Assembly (NCBI GenBank): GCA_048887225.1
Contig: JBHLJY010000005.1
Coordinates: 160,656 to 224,655, forward strand
DNA length: 64,000 nucleotides
Reading direction: 5' to 3'
Source of the DNA: Candidatus Hodarchaeota archaeon
GTDB taxonomy: Archaea > Asgardarchaeota > Lokiarchaeia > Sigyniarchaeales > SOKP01
Position numbers and translations under genes: made by a program. The notes below the pieces were generated by a model. That model was not told the origin of the DNA. It saw only the letters and a list, made by a program, of their open reading frames with translations, and ran no database searches. Positions 49,668-59,624 of this stretch are shown piece by piece; within the stretch, counting starts at the first letter, position 1; each line of letters opens with the position of its first letter.

Positions 49668-50438
49668 TTAGTTTTCCCCTCCAGTTTCTTTTTCGATACT
49701 TTCCTGAATTGTAATATATTTATTTTTTAAAGCTGCTACTTGAATCTTATATATTTTATCTGCTGCTTCTTTAGCAAGGCTTAAAGTTTTATCAATTTCT
49801 TCTAAATCCATATCTCCATCAAATTGTAATAACGAAATACCATTGTTATACCAGGTAATTGCTATTGGAAGATCCGCTTCTCCTGCTTTATCTTCTATTC
49901 CTGAGAGATCCACAACTAATTCACCGTCAATTTTTCCAACAGCTATAGCGGTTACCATACTTTTCATTGGCACACCAGCATCTGCTAAGGCTAAAGAAGC
50001 AACAGTAGTACTAGCGCACCGCGTTCCGCCGTCAGCATCTATTACCTCAATAAAGATTTCAAACGCAGTTCCTGGATAAAGTTCGAGAAATAAAACGGGT
50101 TCCAAACAATCGGCAATAATCATTGAAATTTCTTTTTCCCTCCGCCCTGGAGCAGGTCTTTTTCGTTCAAAAACAGAATAGGTTGCCATCCGATAAAATA
50201 CTCTTAAAATGCCTCTGTCTGGTTTAGCTAAATGATGAGGATGGACTTCTCTGGGTCCAAAAACCGCAGCAAATATTTTATTATTTCCCCATTCTATATA
50301 TGCACTTCCATCTGCATTTTTTAATATTCCAACTTGCATTTTAATGTCTCTTAATTCATTTTTATCCCGTCCATCAAGTCTTTTTCCATCTTCTCGGAAT
50401 AAATTATCTGGATACTCATCTTTAATTAATAATACCAT
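49668..50438 (-). CDS. rrp41: Exosome complex exonuclease Rrp41
   Basis: RLDGR, ADGSAY, GPRE.HP.H, RREKEIS, ADGGTR. Confidence 0.96.
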   Translation of the reverse strand: MVLLIKDEYPDNLFREDGKRLDGRDKNELRDIKMQVGILKNADGSAYIEWGNNKIFAAVFGPREVHPHHLAKPDRGILRVFYRMATYSVFERKRPAPGRREKEISMIIADCLEPVLFLELYPGTAFEIFIEVIDADGGTRCASTTVASLALADAGVPMKSMVTAIAVGKIDGELVVDLSGIEDKAGEADLPIAITWYNNGISLLQFDGDMDLEEIDKTLSLAKEAADKIYKIQVAALKNKYITIQESIEKETGGEN

Positions 50439-50440
50439 AT

Positions 50441-51217
50441 TTATTCGATACCTCTTTTTATTTTTTCATTTTCTATAAACGATTGTATTCTATCAGTCAA
50501 TCCTGTTGTATGTGCTTCTTTCTCTATTTTATGTATTGCTTCTATAAGTAAACGTTCATATGCAATATTATCCCCTTTTAGCCAAATTCGACCATTTTGA
50601 GTAACAAAGATATTACATTTAGTAAGGTTCTTTAACATCTTAATCATACTCCCACTTCTCCCTATTACTCTTGGAATTTTGGGGGGATCTATTGAAATTA
50701 CAATACCACCATTCTTTTTTCCAAGATATTTTCCAACTGTAGTTAATTCGGGTTTATTCAAACGATCTGCTGAAAGAACTTTTACTACTAGAATATCGCC
50801 GATATCATATTTATCAGTAATCGATTCTTCTTGTTCATAAGTGCTACGTCTCCCCAATCGCATTTTAACTCTTTTTGCTGTGTTTTTTGGCTTGAGTTGA
50901 GCAAAATCTTTTGCGTTTATATCGCATTTGAATTTAACGGGGTTTTTATCAACCACAATGGCAATAACTTTATCTCCTGGTTGAGGAGTATAGATACCTC
51001 TTAGTGGTATTACATTTACATAATTTTTCTTAATATTTTTTAAGCCTATATGTAATGAAATAATTTTGGTTTTGTCTTTATTAAGAATCGTACCTCTCCC
51101 AGATAAGTATTCTTGTACATTCTCAGTTAAAACTTCACCAGGTACAACGAGTTCACGAAAAACTTCTTCATCCTCAAACTCGTTATCCACTTGAGTTATT
51201 TCATTTTCTTCTTCCAT
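50441..51217 (-). CDS. rrp4: Exosome complex RNA-binding protein Rrp4
   Basis: VVPGE, S1 domain, KH IPRVIGRSGSMI, QNGRIW, AHTTGLTDR. Confidence 0.95.
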   Translation of the reverse strand: MEEENEITQVDNEFEDEEVFRELVVPGEVLTENVQEYLSGRGTILNKDKTKIISLHIGLKNIKKNYVNVIPLRGIYTPQPGDKVIAIVVDKNPVKFKCDINAKDFAQLKPKNTAKRVKMRLGRRSTYEQEESITDKYDIGDILVVKVLSADRLNKPELTTVGKYLGKKNGGIVISIDPPKIPRVIGRSGSMIKMLKNLTKCNIFVTQNGRIWLKGDNIAYERLLIEAIHKIEKEAHTTGLTDRIQSFIENEKIKRGIE

Positions 51218-51313
51218 AAATATCACCTCTCATTCCTCTTATTTAACATACTTTCATCTAACCTATAAAAAAATAACATAAAAAGAATAAACTAAAAATT
51301 TCTGAGTAGGATT

Positions 51314-52105
51314 TTAAGCTTTTAAGAGTTTAGTTTGAACTCTTCCATGGGTTAATTTATTTAATTTATCAATTAATTCCATTTGTAACCCTGCTGGTAA
51401 ATTGATGATTGAAACCCAAGATCCATCAGATTGCCATTCTTCTTTCTTGATTTGAGCTAATTGAGCAACAATACCATAGCCTTTAGCTGTGAAAGACGAA
51501 GGTATTTTGATTGCGATTTCAACCTGTTCCATCCGAATAGGAATAATTGCTTGAATTTTTTTTATTACGTCATCAATTTGCTCTTCAGCATTTTTAATTA
51601 TATCTATATTAACTTTCGCTTCTTCAATTGCTTTTTCAATCCTTTGATAAGGATGTGGTTTTTTATTTTGAGGATTTATTGCGTTTTTGCTTATAATGGT
51701 TATTATTTGTTTTAATTTTTTTTGTATTTCTTCTTCTCTTTGAGTTTTAGTCCATTGTATTTCTCCATCTAATAAAATATGGCCACTAATTATTTTTCCA
51801 TCGGTAGTATCAAATATCGCTTCCATATCGCCATCCGTGGCCTTTTTCCCTCGTTTCAAGTCTTCAAATACCGTAAAACTTTCGAATATTAATTCTAAAT
51901 TAATTTTTGGTTCATTTAAAATTTCGTCGACAGTCATTCGAGATTTTTTATTACCAGATTTTAATCTTCTATTGATTTCTTCTCTAATAATTTTTTTAGC
52001 TTCCCATGCTTGTTCTGGATCTATTAACATCTCAAAAATTCTTCCACCTTTTTCTAAGCTTCCAATGATGTAATTACCAAGATCTATTCTTGCTCTGTCG
52101 ATCAT
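51314..52105 (-). CDS. Ribosome maturation factor SBDS/Sdo1
   Basis: FEMLID, AINPQ..KPHP..RIEKA, EEWQSDGSW. Confidence 0.93.
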   Translation of the reverse strand: MIDRARIDLGNYIIGSLEKGGRIFEMLIDPEQAWEAKKIIREEINRRLKSGNKKSRMTVDEILNEPKINLELIFESFTVFEDLKRGKKATDGDMEAIFDTTDGKIISGHILLDGEIQWTKTQREEEIQKKLKQIITIISKNAINPQNKKPHPYQRIEKAIEEAKVNIDIIKNAEEQIDDVIKKIQAIIPIRMEQVEIAIKIPSSFTAKGYGIVAQLAQIKKEEWQSDGSWVSIINLPAGLQMELIDKLNKLTHGRVQTKLLKA

Positions 52106-52218
52106 AATAAAAATTTCACAACATTTTAAATTGGTTATACCTACTCAATCCCATCTTATTAATTTTTATAAGGTATTGAAAGATAAAAAAAAATAAGGTA
52201 ATAACCTTGATTTTTAAA

Positions 52219-52932
52219 TTATAATTTTTTTAACAATTCTTCTTTCTCTTCTACATTTAATAACCTAAATTTTAAATCCTCTTTCAAAATAAAAGCTATA
52301 TCACACGAATTTTTATTTAACTTATCGCCCATTAATTCCTTTAATGTTCTTAGTGGCAACAATTTCAATTCTTCATCACTTATCTCATCTTTATAATGTT
52401 CTTCAAGATAAGCTCTTGCTTCCGTAGCTCCAGCACCAATAGCGAAGGCCTTATACCCCCACATGGCTCCAGAAGGATCTGTCAAATATAACGAAGGTCC
52501 ATTAGAATCAATTCCAGCAATTAGAAAAGATACTCCAAAAGGTCTTACTCCTGCATTCTGAGTAAACGCTTGAAGATATTCGCAAATATTTAATGTACTA
52601 TCCTTTACCGAGATTTTTTCATCATATGAAAGTATATTAATTTGAGCTTGAATACGTGCTCTATCTATTAACACACGAGCATCTGCTGTAAGACCTGCAA
52701 TGGCTACTCCAATATGGTCGTCAACTTTAAATATTTTTTCTGAACCAAAACTAACAGCAAGTTCAGAACTTTTCTTTTCTACCGCAAACACTATAGAATT
52801 TTTATTTTTACAACAAATTGCGGTTGTTCCTCTTCTTACCGCCTCAATTGCATATTCTACTTGAAAAAGACGACCTTCTGGTGAAAATTGGGTAATTGCC
52901 ATATCGTATCCTCGACCTGCTTGCTGAAACAT
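52219..52932 (-). CDS. psmA: Proteasome subunit alpha
   Basis: GYDMAITQFSPEGRLFQVEYA, RPFGVS, TDPSG. Confidence 0.97.
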   Translation of the reverse strand: MFQQAGRGYDMAITQFSPEGRLFQVEYAIEAVRRGTTAICCKNKNSIVFAVEKKSSELAVSFGSEKIFKVDDHIGVAIAGLTADARVLIDRARIQAQINILSYDEKISVKDSTLNICEYLQAFTQNAGVRPFGVSFLIAGIDSNGPSLYLTDPSGAMWGYKAFAIGAGATEARAYLEEHYKDEISDEELKLLPLRTLKELMGDKLNKNSCDIAFILKEDLKFRLLNVEEKEELLKKL

Positions 52933-53199
52933 GTTTTTTATTTCCTCCTAATGCTAGAAAAATCCTTAAAAACTAAAATACCTTAAAAATTTTTACTTTT
53001 AATTTATTTATGTTATTTTTTTTTATTTACTGATTTAAACAATATTAATTAAAAACATAATAAATATTTTTTTTATATATTATAAAAAAGATGTAGATCT
53101 GGAAGTAGATACTTATATTTTTATAAATTTATCATTCAAATTTTCTACATCTTGAAATTAACTAATAAAATCGGAAATACATTATTATTAGAATGTAAG

Positions 53200-53580
53200 T
53201 TAACTCCAAGCTAATTTATTAACAAAAATTGACCATTCTAATAAAATCATATCAGTGTCTTGAGATGTGTGAATAAGTAGGTATGAATCACCTTCTTTAG
53301 TAATTGAACCAGCTATGTTTCCTTTTCCACCTGATATATTTTTGGCTGCTAATTGTATATCATCATTTTTTATAATCGCATATCTAAAGTTTTGATATGT
53401 AAGAGAGGTTTCTTTTTCTTTCCAAGCCTTAAGTATTGCTCTTGATTCTTTATTTGTCAGTGGATTAATAGCAGAAGATTTAAATACAACTTCTCCCTCA
53501 GAATCCAAAAGGAATACCTCTTCAACACCTTCATACTTGTTAAATTCATCAACTATGCGAAAAAATTCTTGCTCTTCCAT
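53200..53580 (-). CDS. Profilin-like protein
   Basis: 126 aa; LLDSEGEVVF...ILKAW...LTYQNFRYAII...QLAAKN..GGKGNIAG resembles the Asgard profilin pattern (from memory). Confidence 0.6.
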   Translation of the reverse strand: MEEQEFFRIVDEFNKYEGVEEVFLLDSEGEVVFKSSAINPLTNKESRAILKAWKEKETSLTYQNFRYAIIKNDDIQLAAKNISGGKGNIAGSITKEGDSYLLIHTSQDTDMILLEWSIFVNKLAWS

Positions 53581-53714
53581 ATTCTATAATAAATTATTAA
53601 TGATTTTGCAATTTTATTTTGCAAAAAAAATAATATATTCTTGAAATTTAAACTTTTTAGAAATTATTTATTTGAAGAAAAATTTTTTACGTAAAATATA
53701 TTATTTTAGTCAAT

Positions 53715-54500
53715 ATGGGAAAGAAATTAGTTCTATATGATAAAATTTATAATATCACCTCAGAAAGAAAGAAAAAAAATTTGTTCATAAGATATTTAAA
53801 ATATCTAAAGGAGTATATTAAAGGATTTCCAACCATAAAGATATTTATTAAAAAACTAAGAGATTACGATAATAGATTCGAAATTTTTATTAGTGGTCCT
53901 GAAGAAATTTTTGTTTTTAATTTATTTCGGAAGGAAATAGGGAGTATAAACGAATTTAAAGAAATTCAAGTAGGAAAAATATACAAGGGAACAATGGTTG
54001 ATGTTGGAAAGGTTGGATTTGGAATATTCGTTGATTGTGCAGTTATGAATCCTAAAGTAGATGTTCTAATAAATTTATACTCATTAAGAAAACAATTATG
54101 TAGGGATAAGGAAAAACCATTAAGAGATATTATTAATGCCTACGAATTTATTGATCATTTCCCAGTTTATGTTAAAATTATAAAAGTCGACTCAATAAAT
54201 AATAAAATACAAGGAGAATTAAGTGAAAATTCGCTAAAATTATTTCAAAAAATTTTAGATCAAAATATTGAAGGTGTTTTTATGAGTGGAGAGACAAGAG
54301 GAAAATTTAAAAAAGCTCTTGTAAGAAACGGACATTTAAGAGATGTAATCTCCTTAAAGAGATATGGTTTTTTGGAACATATAGCTTTATTAAAAGAAAA
54401 TTCTAATGCCCCTGGAATTATTTCTAAAATTGGCAAGGATTTGAAAAATTGTAAATTAAGCGCAATACGACCTGAGAGAATTAGAAACTTGTGTTATTAA
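53715..54500 (+). CDS. DUF2110-like archaeal protein (S1-like)
   Basis: YKG..VDVGKVGFGIFVD, GH.RD......GFLEH, APGII..IG. Confidence 0.75.
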   Translation: MGKKLVLYDKIYNITSERKKKNLFIRYLKYLKEYIKGFPTIKIFIKKLRDYDNRFEIFISGPEEIFVFNLFRKEIGSINEFKEIQVGKIYKGTMVDVGKVGFGIFVDCAVMNPKVDVLINLYSLRKQLCRDKEKPLRDIINAYEFIDHFPVYVKIIKVDSINNKIQGELSENSLKLFQKILDQNIEGVFMSGETRGKFKKALVRNGHLRDVISLKRYGFLEHIALLKENSNAPGIISKIGKDLKNCKLSAIRPERIRNLCY

Positions 54501-54512
54501 GTTAAATTGAAA

Positions 54513-54585
54513 TGAGCGAGGAGGGGATTGAACCCCCGACCTTCGCGGTGTAAGCGCGACGTCATAACCACTAGACCACTCGCTC
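54513..54585 (-). tRNA. tRNA-Val(TAC)
   Basis: Acceptor GAGCGAG/CUCGCUC-A; anticodon arm UCGCG-CU UAC AC-CGCGA; T arm GGGGG-UUCAAUC-CCCUC. Confidence 0.95.
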
Positions 54586-54619
54586 TTTATTCCCAACTTA
54601 AGAATATATAAAATTAAAG

Positions 54620-54702
54620 CGCAAACGGTGGGATTTGAACCCACGAGTCCATCGGACACCGGTTTAGCAGACCGGCGCTCTACCAGGCTAAGCGACGTTT
54701 GC
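54620..54702 (-). tRNA. tRNA-Ser(GCT)
   Basis: Acceptor GCAAACG/CGUUUGC-G; CCGGU-CU GCU AA-ACCGG; long variable arm; GUGGG-UUCAAAU-CCCAC. Confidence 0.95.
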
Positions 54703-54824
54703 GTCTTGTAACAAAAGGGGATTAACCTTATATTTTGAATATAACAAATTAAAATTTTAATACTTTTTTATACAACAATAGTAGAATATAAATAAAAAAT
54801 GAAAAAAGTCGGAATTAAGATTTA

Positions 54825-55307
54825 TTATTCAGAAATTATCTCAAAGACCATTTTTTCGATAATGGGTTTTTTGGTGTAGCGTTTATCGTAATACCATCCA
54901 ACGAGATGAGCTTTTTGGTTTTTTTCAGATAAAGACGGAATTACAATGATCATAACACCATTACTTAGATACTTCAATATTCTTTTATCGATTGAGTGGA
55001 GTTTTTCATTACCAGAGGGATGTGAATGCCATTGCCATACAATATCTACACCCAATTCTTGTTTAAACTTCCGCATATTGTAAATCTTAGATTTTTTATA
55101 TCTCATCCAAGATCTTGGCTTAACATGTGTTTTAGTTTTTCGCAAATCAGTATTCATTATAAATTTATTAACGATTCCAAAATTCTCTTTTCGATCAGCA
55201 AACAACCATCCATGAATAATATTAGGGTATTCTTCAGCGGCTTTTTGAGTTATCTCTTTAAACAAACCTTCTGGAATAAGATAACGGAAATCTTTTGCGC
55301 TACTCAT
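54825..55307 (-). CDS. JAB/MPN (JAMM) domain protein, variant motif
   Basis: WHSHP...SID; YPNIIHG at the usual P-x-E-x-x-G position. Confidence 0.75.
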   Translation of the reverse strand: MSSAKDFRYLIPEGLFKEITQKAAEEYPNIIHGWLFADRKENFGIVNKFIMNTDLRKTKTHVKPRSWMRYKKSKIYNMRKFKQELGVDIVWQWHSHPSGNEKLHSIDKRILKYLSNGVMIIVIPSLSEKNQKAHLVGWYYDKRYTKKPIIEKMVFEIISE

Positions 55308-55539
55308 ATTCTTTACTCCTTCTTACATATTAATGAACGACAAAATTTATAGTTTTTGTTAGATTATCCAATACTTTTAGCATTAGAAACCTAAATATAA
55401 AAATGTTTTATAATATCACTACGAATCTCTTATTAGTTCCATAATTTGTTAGTAAATCATAAAAATAATAAATAAAAATATATTCTTTATTATCGTTAGC
55501 ACTTTAGAAAAAATTTTAAATTAGATTTCACTAAAAAAA

Positions 55540-55622
55540 GCAGATGTAGCCTAGTTGGTAAGACGCCAGCCTTGAGAGCTGGTGCGCGTAAGCGCTCGGG
55601 GGTTCGAGTCCCTCCATCTGCG
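55540..55622 (+). tRNA. tRNA-Ser(TGA)
   Basis: Acceptor GCAGAUG/CAUCUGC-G; CCAGC-CU UGA GA-GCUGG; long variable arm; GGGGG-UUCGAGU-CCCUC. Confidence 0.92.
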
Positions 55623-55668
55623 CTTCATAAACTAGTAAGAACCGTTAACACTAATGAAACTCGATAAT

Positions 55669-55772
55669 GGGCTATTGGCGCAGTCAGGTAGCGCAGCAGG
55701 CTCTTAACCTGTAGGTCGGGGGTTCGATACTTCCATTCAAAAAGGACGGATGCGAAATTCCCTCATAGCCCG
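55669..55772 (+). tRNA. tRNA-Lys(CTT) with 30-nt intron (55729-55758) at position 59/60
   Basis: Acceptor GGGCUAU/AUAGCCC-G; GCAGG-CU CUU AA-CCUGU; T loop interrupted; BHB UUCG-AU^A...CGAA-AU^U restores UUCGAUU. Confidence 0.9.
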
Positions 55773-55799
55773 TTATATTGTTTAGAATTAATATATAAT

Positions 55800-56705
55800 T
55801 TATAAATATTCAAGAATAACCTCAAAATCCATCAAATCAAAAGGTTTTAAGATATAACCATCCGCTTTTGTATCTTTTAAATTTTTCTCTACTTCAGTGC
55901 CAGGAATAGCAGTTAAAAAATGGATGGGTATCTTTTTGTATTTTTCATTTGATTTAATTATTTTACAAAGATCATACCCGTTATAATCTGGTAAAATGAT
56001 ATCTAGTAAAATTAATTTAGGAGTTGATCTTTTTAATTCATCAATTCCTTTTTGTCCGCTTATAACTCCTTTGCAAATATGACCTTTGCCTTCAAAATAA
56101 CTTGTAATTAATCGTATAGTTGGAAGATCGTCTTCAATAAGTAAAATGTCATAATCAGAACCTTGACTTTTTATTTCGTCTAAAGATTCCATTATTCTGT
56201 TTTCTAAAAGTAAGCTCTGATCAAAAATGTTTTTTATTGTTGATAAAATCTCATCGCTCAATTCCTCTTTATAATTTTCGAGGAGTAATTGTGAGAATCC
56301 CTTTATTGTAGTTAAAGGTTCCTTTAATGCGTGAGAAATATTAGAAATTGTGTGAGAATTCATTTTAAATAGGTCATCGCTTGTCAAACTTGATTTTCTT
56401 TCAATAAAGTAGTTTACACTATCCCTAATAAGTTTGGAAATGGTTGAATAATTATTTTCTTCAATAAAATCAATCCATTCTTTTTTAACTTCCTCTTTAA
56501 TATATAATGATATCCTCTCTTTATCCCTATCATAAACTTTTTGTCCTTCTTTCCATTTTTTAAATCCTTCAGTGATTATTCCTCTCCAGATCGCATATTT
56601 GCCAGTTTCATTCTCGTATCTCTTCATTTCTTCTGTTTTATCGAGGTCATCACTTTTAGTTGCGTTATTTTTTGAATTATTACTATTTTTACTTGAATTC
56701 TTCAT
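55800..56705 (-). CDS. Response regulator with RHH-like, HisKA-like and REC domains (paralog 1)
   Basis: RISLYI...TISKLIRDSV; ISHALKEPLTTIKGFSQLL; IEDD...LLDIILPD..G...FLTA...KPF. Confidence 0.85.
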   Translation of the reverse strand: MKNSSKNSNNSKNNATKSDDLDKTEEMKRYENETGKYAIWRGIITEGFKKWKEGQKVYDRDKERISLYIKEEVKKEWIDFIEENNYSTISKLIRDSVNYFIERKSSLTSDDLFKMNSHTISNISHALKEPLTTIKGFSQLLLENYKEELSDEILSTIKNIFDQSLLLENRIMESLDEIKSQGSDYDILLIEDDLPTIRLITSYFEGKGHICKGVISGQKGIDELKRSTPKLILLDIILPDYNGYDLCKIIKSNEKYKKIPIHFLTAIPGTEVEKNLKDTKADGYILKPFDLMDFEVILEYL

Positions 56706-56865
56706 AACAAATCGCTAAAGAGTGCGTTAAATACGGATCTTCACGAAATACGACGATTAAAATAATTTGTATTTATTATTATATGTTTGTTTTTTTGTCT
56801 TTAAATTTTTTTTTATTTTAATGAATTTAATTCGATTAATACAAGAGTATCTTGACTTTTAAAAA

Positions 56866-57732
56866 TTAAGCAGCCTTATTTAAAATATCAAGTATCTCTT
56901 CAAAATCCGAGAGATCAAAAGGCTTTAATATATATCCATCTGCTCCTGTTTCTTTCATATTTTTTTCAACCTCAGGACCAGATATTGCTGTTAAAAAATA
57001 GACGGGCGTATCTCTATATTTTGAATCAGTTTTTATCTGTTTACAAATGTCGTACCCGCTAATATCAGGTAAAATAATATCTAATAATATTATTTTTGGA
57101 TGATAACTCTTCAATTCTTCAATACCGTTTGCACCGCTTCCTACGCCCCTACAAATATATCCCTTTGCTTTAAAATAATTCTTTATCAATCGAATTGTCG
57201 CCGTATCGTCTTCAATAAGAAAAACATCGCATTTTTTACCGTCGTCTTTAATATTATCTAAAAATTTTATTATTTTTTTCTCAAGATCTTTACTCTGCTC
57301 AAAAATATTTTTTATCGTTGATAAGATATCATTGTTAAGCTGTTCTTTATAATTTTCAAGCAATAATTGAGAATAACCCTTAATGGACGTCAATGGTTCC
57401 TTTAGAGCGTGTGAAATATCGGAAAATTTCTTAGGATTTCTATTATTATGTCTATTCTCGATAAAATCTTTAACGCTGTCTCTAATTAGCTTTGAAATGG
57501 TCATATAATTGCTCGAATCTATAAAATCAGCCCATTTCTTTTTTGTCTCGTCTGATACATACAGAGAAATACGTTCTTTATCCCTATTATATATTTTCTC
57601 CCCTTTCAACCACTTTTTAAATCCTTCGGTCACTATACCACGCCAAATGGCGTATTTACCCGTTTCTTGCTCGTACCGAATCATATCTTCAGTCTTTTCA
57701 ATCGGATTATTAAGTTCCTCTTTATTGCTCAT
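56866..57732 (-). CDS. Response regulator with RHH-like, HisKA-like and REC domains (paralog 2)
   Basis: Same architecture as 55800-56705. Confidence 0.85.
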   Translation of the reverse strand: MSNKEELNNPIEKTEDMIRYEQETGKYAIWRGIVTEGFKKWLKGEKIYNRDKERISLYVSDETKKKWADFIDSSNYMTISKLIRDSVKDFIENRHNNRNPKKFSDISHALKEPLTSIKGYSQLLLENYKEQLNNDILSTIKNIFEQSKDLEKKIIKFLDNIKDDGKKCDVFLIEDDTATIRLIKNYFKAKGYICRGVGSGANGIEELKSYHPKIILLDIILPDISGYDICKQIKTDSKYRDTPVYFLTAISGPEVEKNMKETGADGYILKPFDLSDFEEILDILNKAA

Positions 57733-58267
57733 TTTTGGGTTGATTAACGAATTTTTTTTATTTAATACTTTTCCTAGAATCCTTCAGTTTGAGGGGGAAA
57801 TTCTAAGAAAATTTGCGATATTTTATTATTTTTTTTACACACAAATTTGTAAAAAATTAAATTTAATCCTTAAAAAACACATAGACCACTTTTATTTAAA
57901 TTTATTGATACAAATAAAATTAAGATTTAGGAAAGAACTAAGGTTTTTATAAATTGATACGTTATATTAGTACACAAAAAAAAAAAAAAGGTATTCTTTT
58001 ATATATTAACTATAAATGATGGAATTATTAATACACTAATAACAACTTTTATATCTTTGATCAAACATTGATTTGATTAATTAAATAAATTTTTATAACA
58101 AAACGTCATTTATAAATAAAATTTTTATAACGAAATATTTAAATGTGAAAATGTGATCAATATATTTATATTTGTGTTCAAAATTTTTTACACAAAAAAA
58201 AATAAAATCTTCAGGTTTAGGTAAAAGAAAAACCTCATTAATATAGCATAAAAGGGGTAATTAAAGA

Positions 58268-59152
58268 ATGGTTCTTGATATAGAAAATATAATGAATTTC
58301 TGCCCTGAATGTGGCGGTTTAATTCAGAATTTTCAAGAGAGAGGGGAAACAGTTTGTAGGCAATGTGGTCTTATTGTTTTTGACAGAGGCTTAGATATTT
58401 CGCATAGTGGGATTAGGGCATATACTAAACAAGAAAAAGACAGAAAAGAGCGCACGGGGTGTCCTATATCTATTTTAATGCCTGATATCGGTCTAAGTAC
58501 GATAATAGACAGAACAAAAATCAAAAGCCCTGATTTAAGAAGAGCAGCAAAATGGAATACACATATGACATGGGAGAAGAGAAACATGCTTATTGCAATA
58601 ACCGAGTTAAAACGGATTGGCAGCAATTTAAATTTTCCAGAGCGCGTTAAAAAAGCAGCAGTGCGACTTTATAAGGAGGTATTTAAGAGGAAATTATTGA
58701 GGGGTAGGTCTATAAACGGCATGGTTGCTGCTTGTTCTTATTTTATATGTAAAGAAGAGAGGATTCCAATCACACTTCAAGAAATCTTAGATGAGGCCTC
58801 TATAAATGCTAACATTGTAAAGAAATGCTATAAGATATTGGTTAGGGAGCTCAATCTAAAGTCCCCTCACATCGATCCTATTTCGCTTATACCTAGATAT
58901 TGCGCAGATTTAGGATTATCTATAGACGTAGAAAAGGAAGCTATCAACGTGTTAAAAAGATTTATTCAAAAAACGTCCATTTGTGGTAAAGATCCAAAAG
59001 GTTTATGTGCGGGATCGATGTATCTTGTAGCAAAGCTTAAGAATAGAAAAGTAAGTCAAAAAGAAATTTCGCAAGTAATTGGCGTTACTGAGGTAACATT
59101 ACGATCAAGATATAAAGAGCTTTTAAAAAGCCTTCGTTTCAACTTCAATTAA
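58268..59152 (+). CDS. tfb: Transcription initiation factor IIB
   Basis: Zn ribbon CPECG...CRQCG; cyclin repeats RGRS, GKDPKG, GVTEVTLRSRYKEL. Confidence 0.96.
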   Translation: MVLDIENIMNFCPECGGLIQNFQERGETVCRQCGLIVFDRGLDISHSGIRAYTKQEKDRKERTGCPISILMPDIGLSTIIDRTKIKSPDLRRAAKWNTHMTWEKRNMLIAITELKRIGSNLNFPERVKKAAVRLYKEVFKRKLLRGRSINGMVAACSYFICKEERIPITLQEILDEASINANIVKKCYKILVRELNLKSPHIDPISLIPRYCADLGLSIDVEKEAINVLKRFIQKTSICGKDPKGLCAGSMYLVAKLKNRKVSQKEISQVIGVTEVTLRSRYKELLKSLRFNFN

Positions 59153-59247
59153 GATTATTTTTGATAATTAACATTTTAGAATTATTATTCTTTTTAGTTG
59201 AATAGGAATTCAATAAAAAAAAGAAAGAGTTATTGAAATTAGAGAAT

Positions 59248-59499
59248 TTACTCTGTTATAAGCTCTAAAAAATATTTGTTCCCTATTTTAAGTCGTTCTG
59301 GAGGGACCATATCCCTTACTTTTATCATCTTAATTGCGTTTTGTGGACAGTTTGCTGCCCATACGCTACATCCAATACATAATTCTTTCCTTAAGATCAT
59401 TTGTTCGTCAGAAGAATATGATTTATCTGGCCATCTATGATAAATTGCTTCATTCGGACATTTTCTTACGCATGTTTCACATTTGGTACAGAGTTCCAT
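59248..59499 (-). pseudogene. 4Fe-4S dicluster domain, probably a degraded fragment of a larger Fe-S protein
   Basis: CTKCETCVRKCP intact; second motif CIGCSVWAANCP has Cys->Trp; frame continues upstream (GVQPSNYEPKFN). Confidence 0.55.
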
Positions 59500-59624
59500 G
59501 TTAAATTTGGGTTCATAATTAGACGGTTGAACCCCTTTAAATGAAATCTTATCATAAAAATATAATTGTCTAAGCGTTAGATGACAAAAAAGTATAAATA
59601 AAAATAGTATAGATAAAAATCTGA

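Noticed and set aside
51900-52010. Apparent insertion in SBDS as an in-frame intron
   Set aside because: No stop codons and no BHB found by eye; reads as a charged helical protein insertion
53088-53153. 10-bp inverted repeat AAGATGTAGA/TCTACATCTT as a MITE
   Set aside because: Single copy, no clear target duplication, too short to call
54456-54659. 67-aa minus-strand ORF
   Set aside because: Overlaps tRNA-Val and tRNA-Ser; spurious
55540-55622. tRNA showing TGA in the anticodon loop as possible tRNA-Sec or opal suppressor
   Set aside because: The anticodon itself is UGA (reads UCA, Ser); it has a normal 7-bp acceptor stem and Ser-type features
57976-57989. Poly-A run in the intergenic region
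   Set aside because: Non-coding homopolymer in an AT-rich genome; no supportable function
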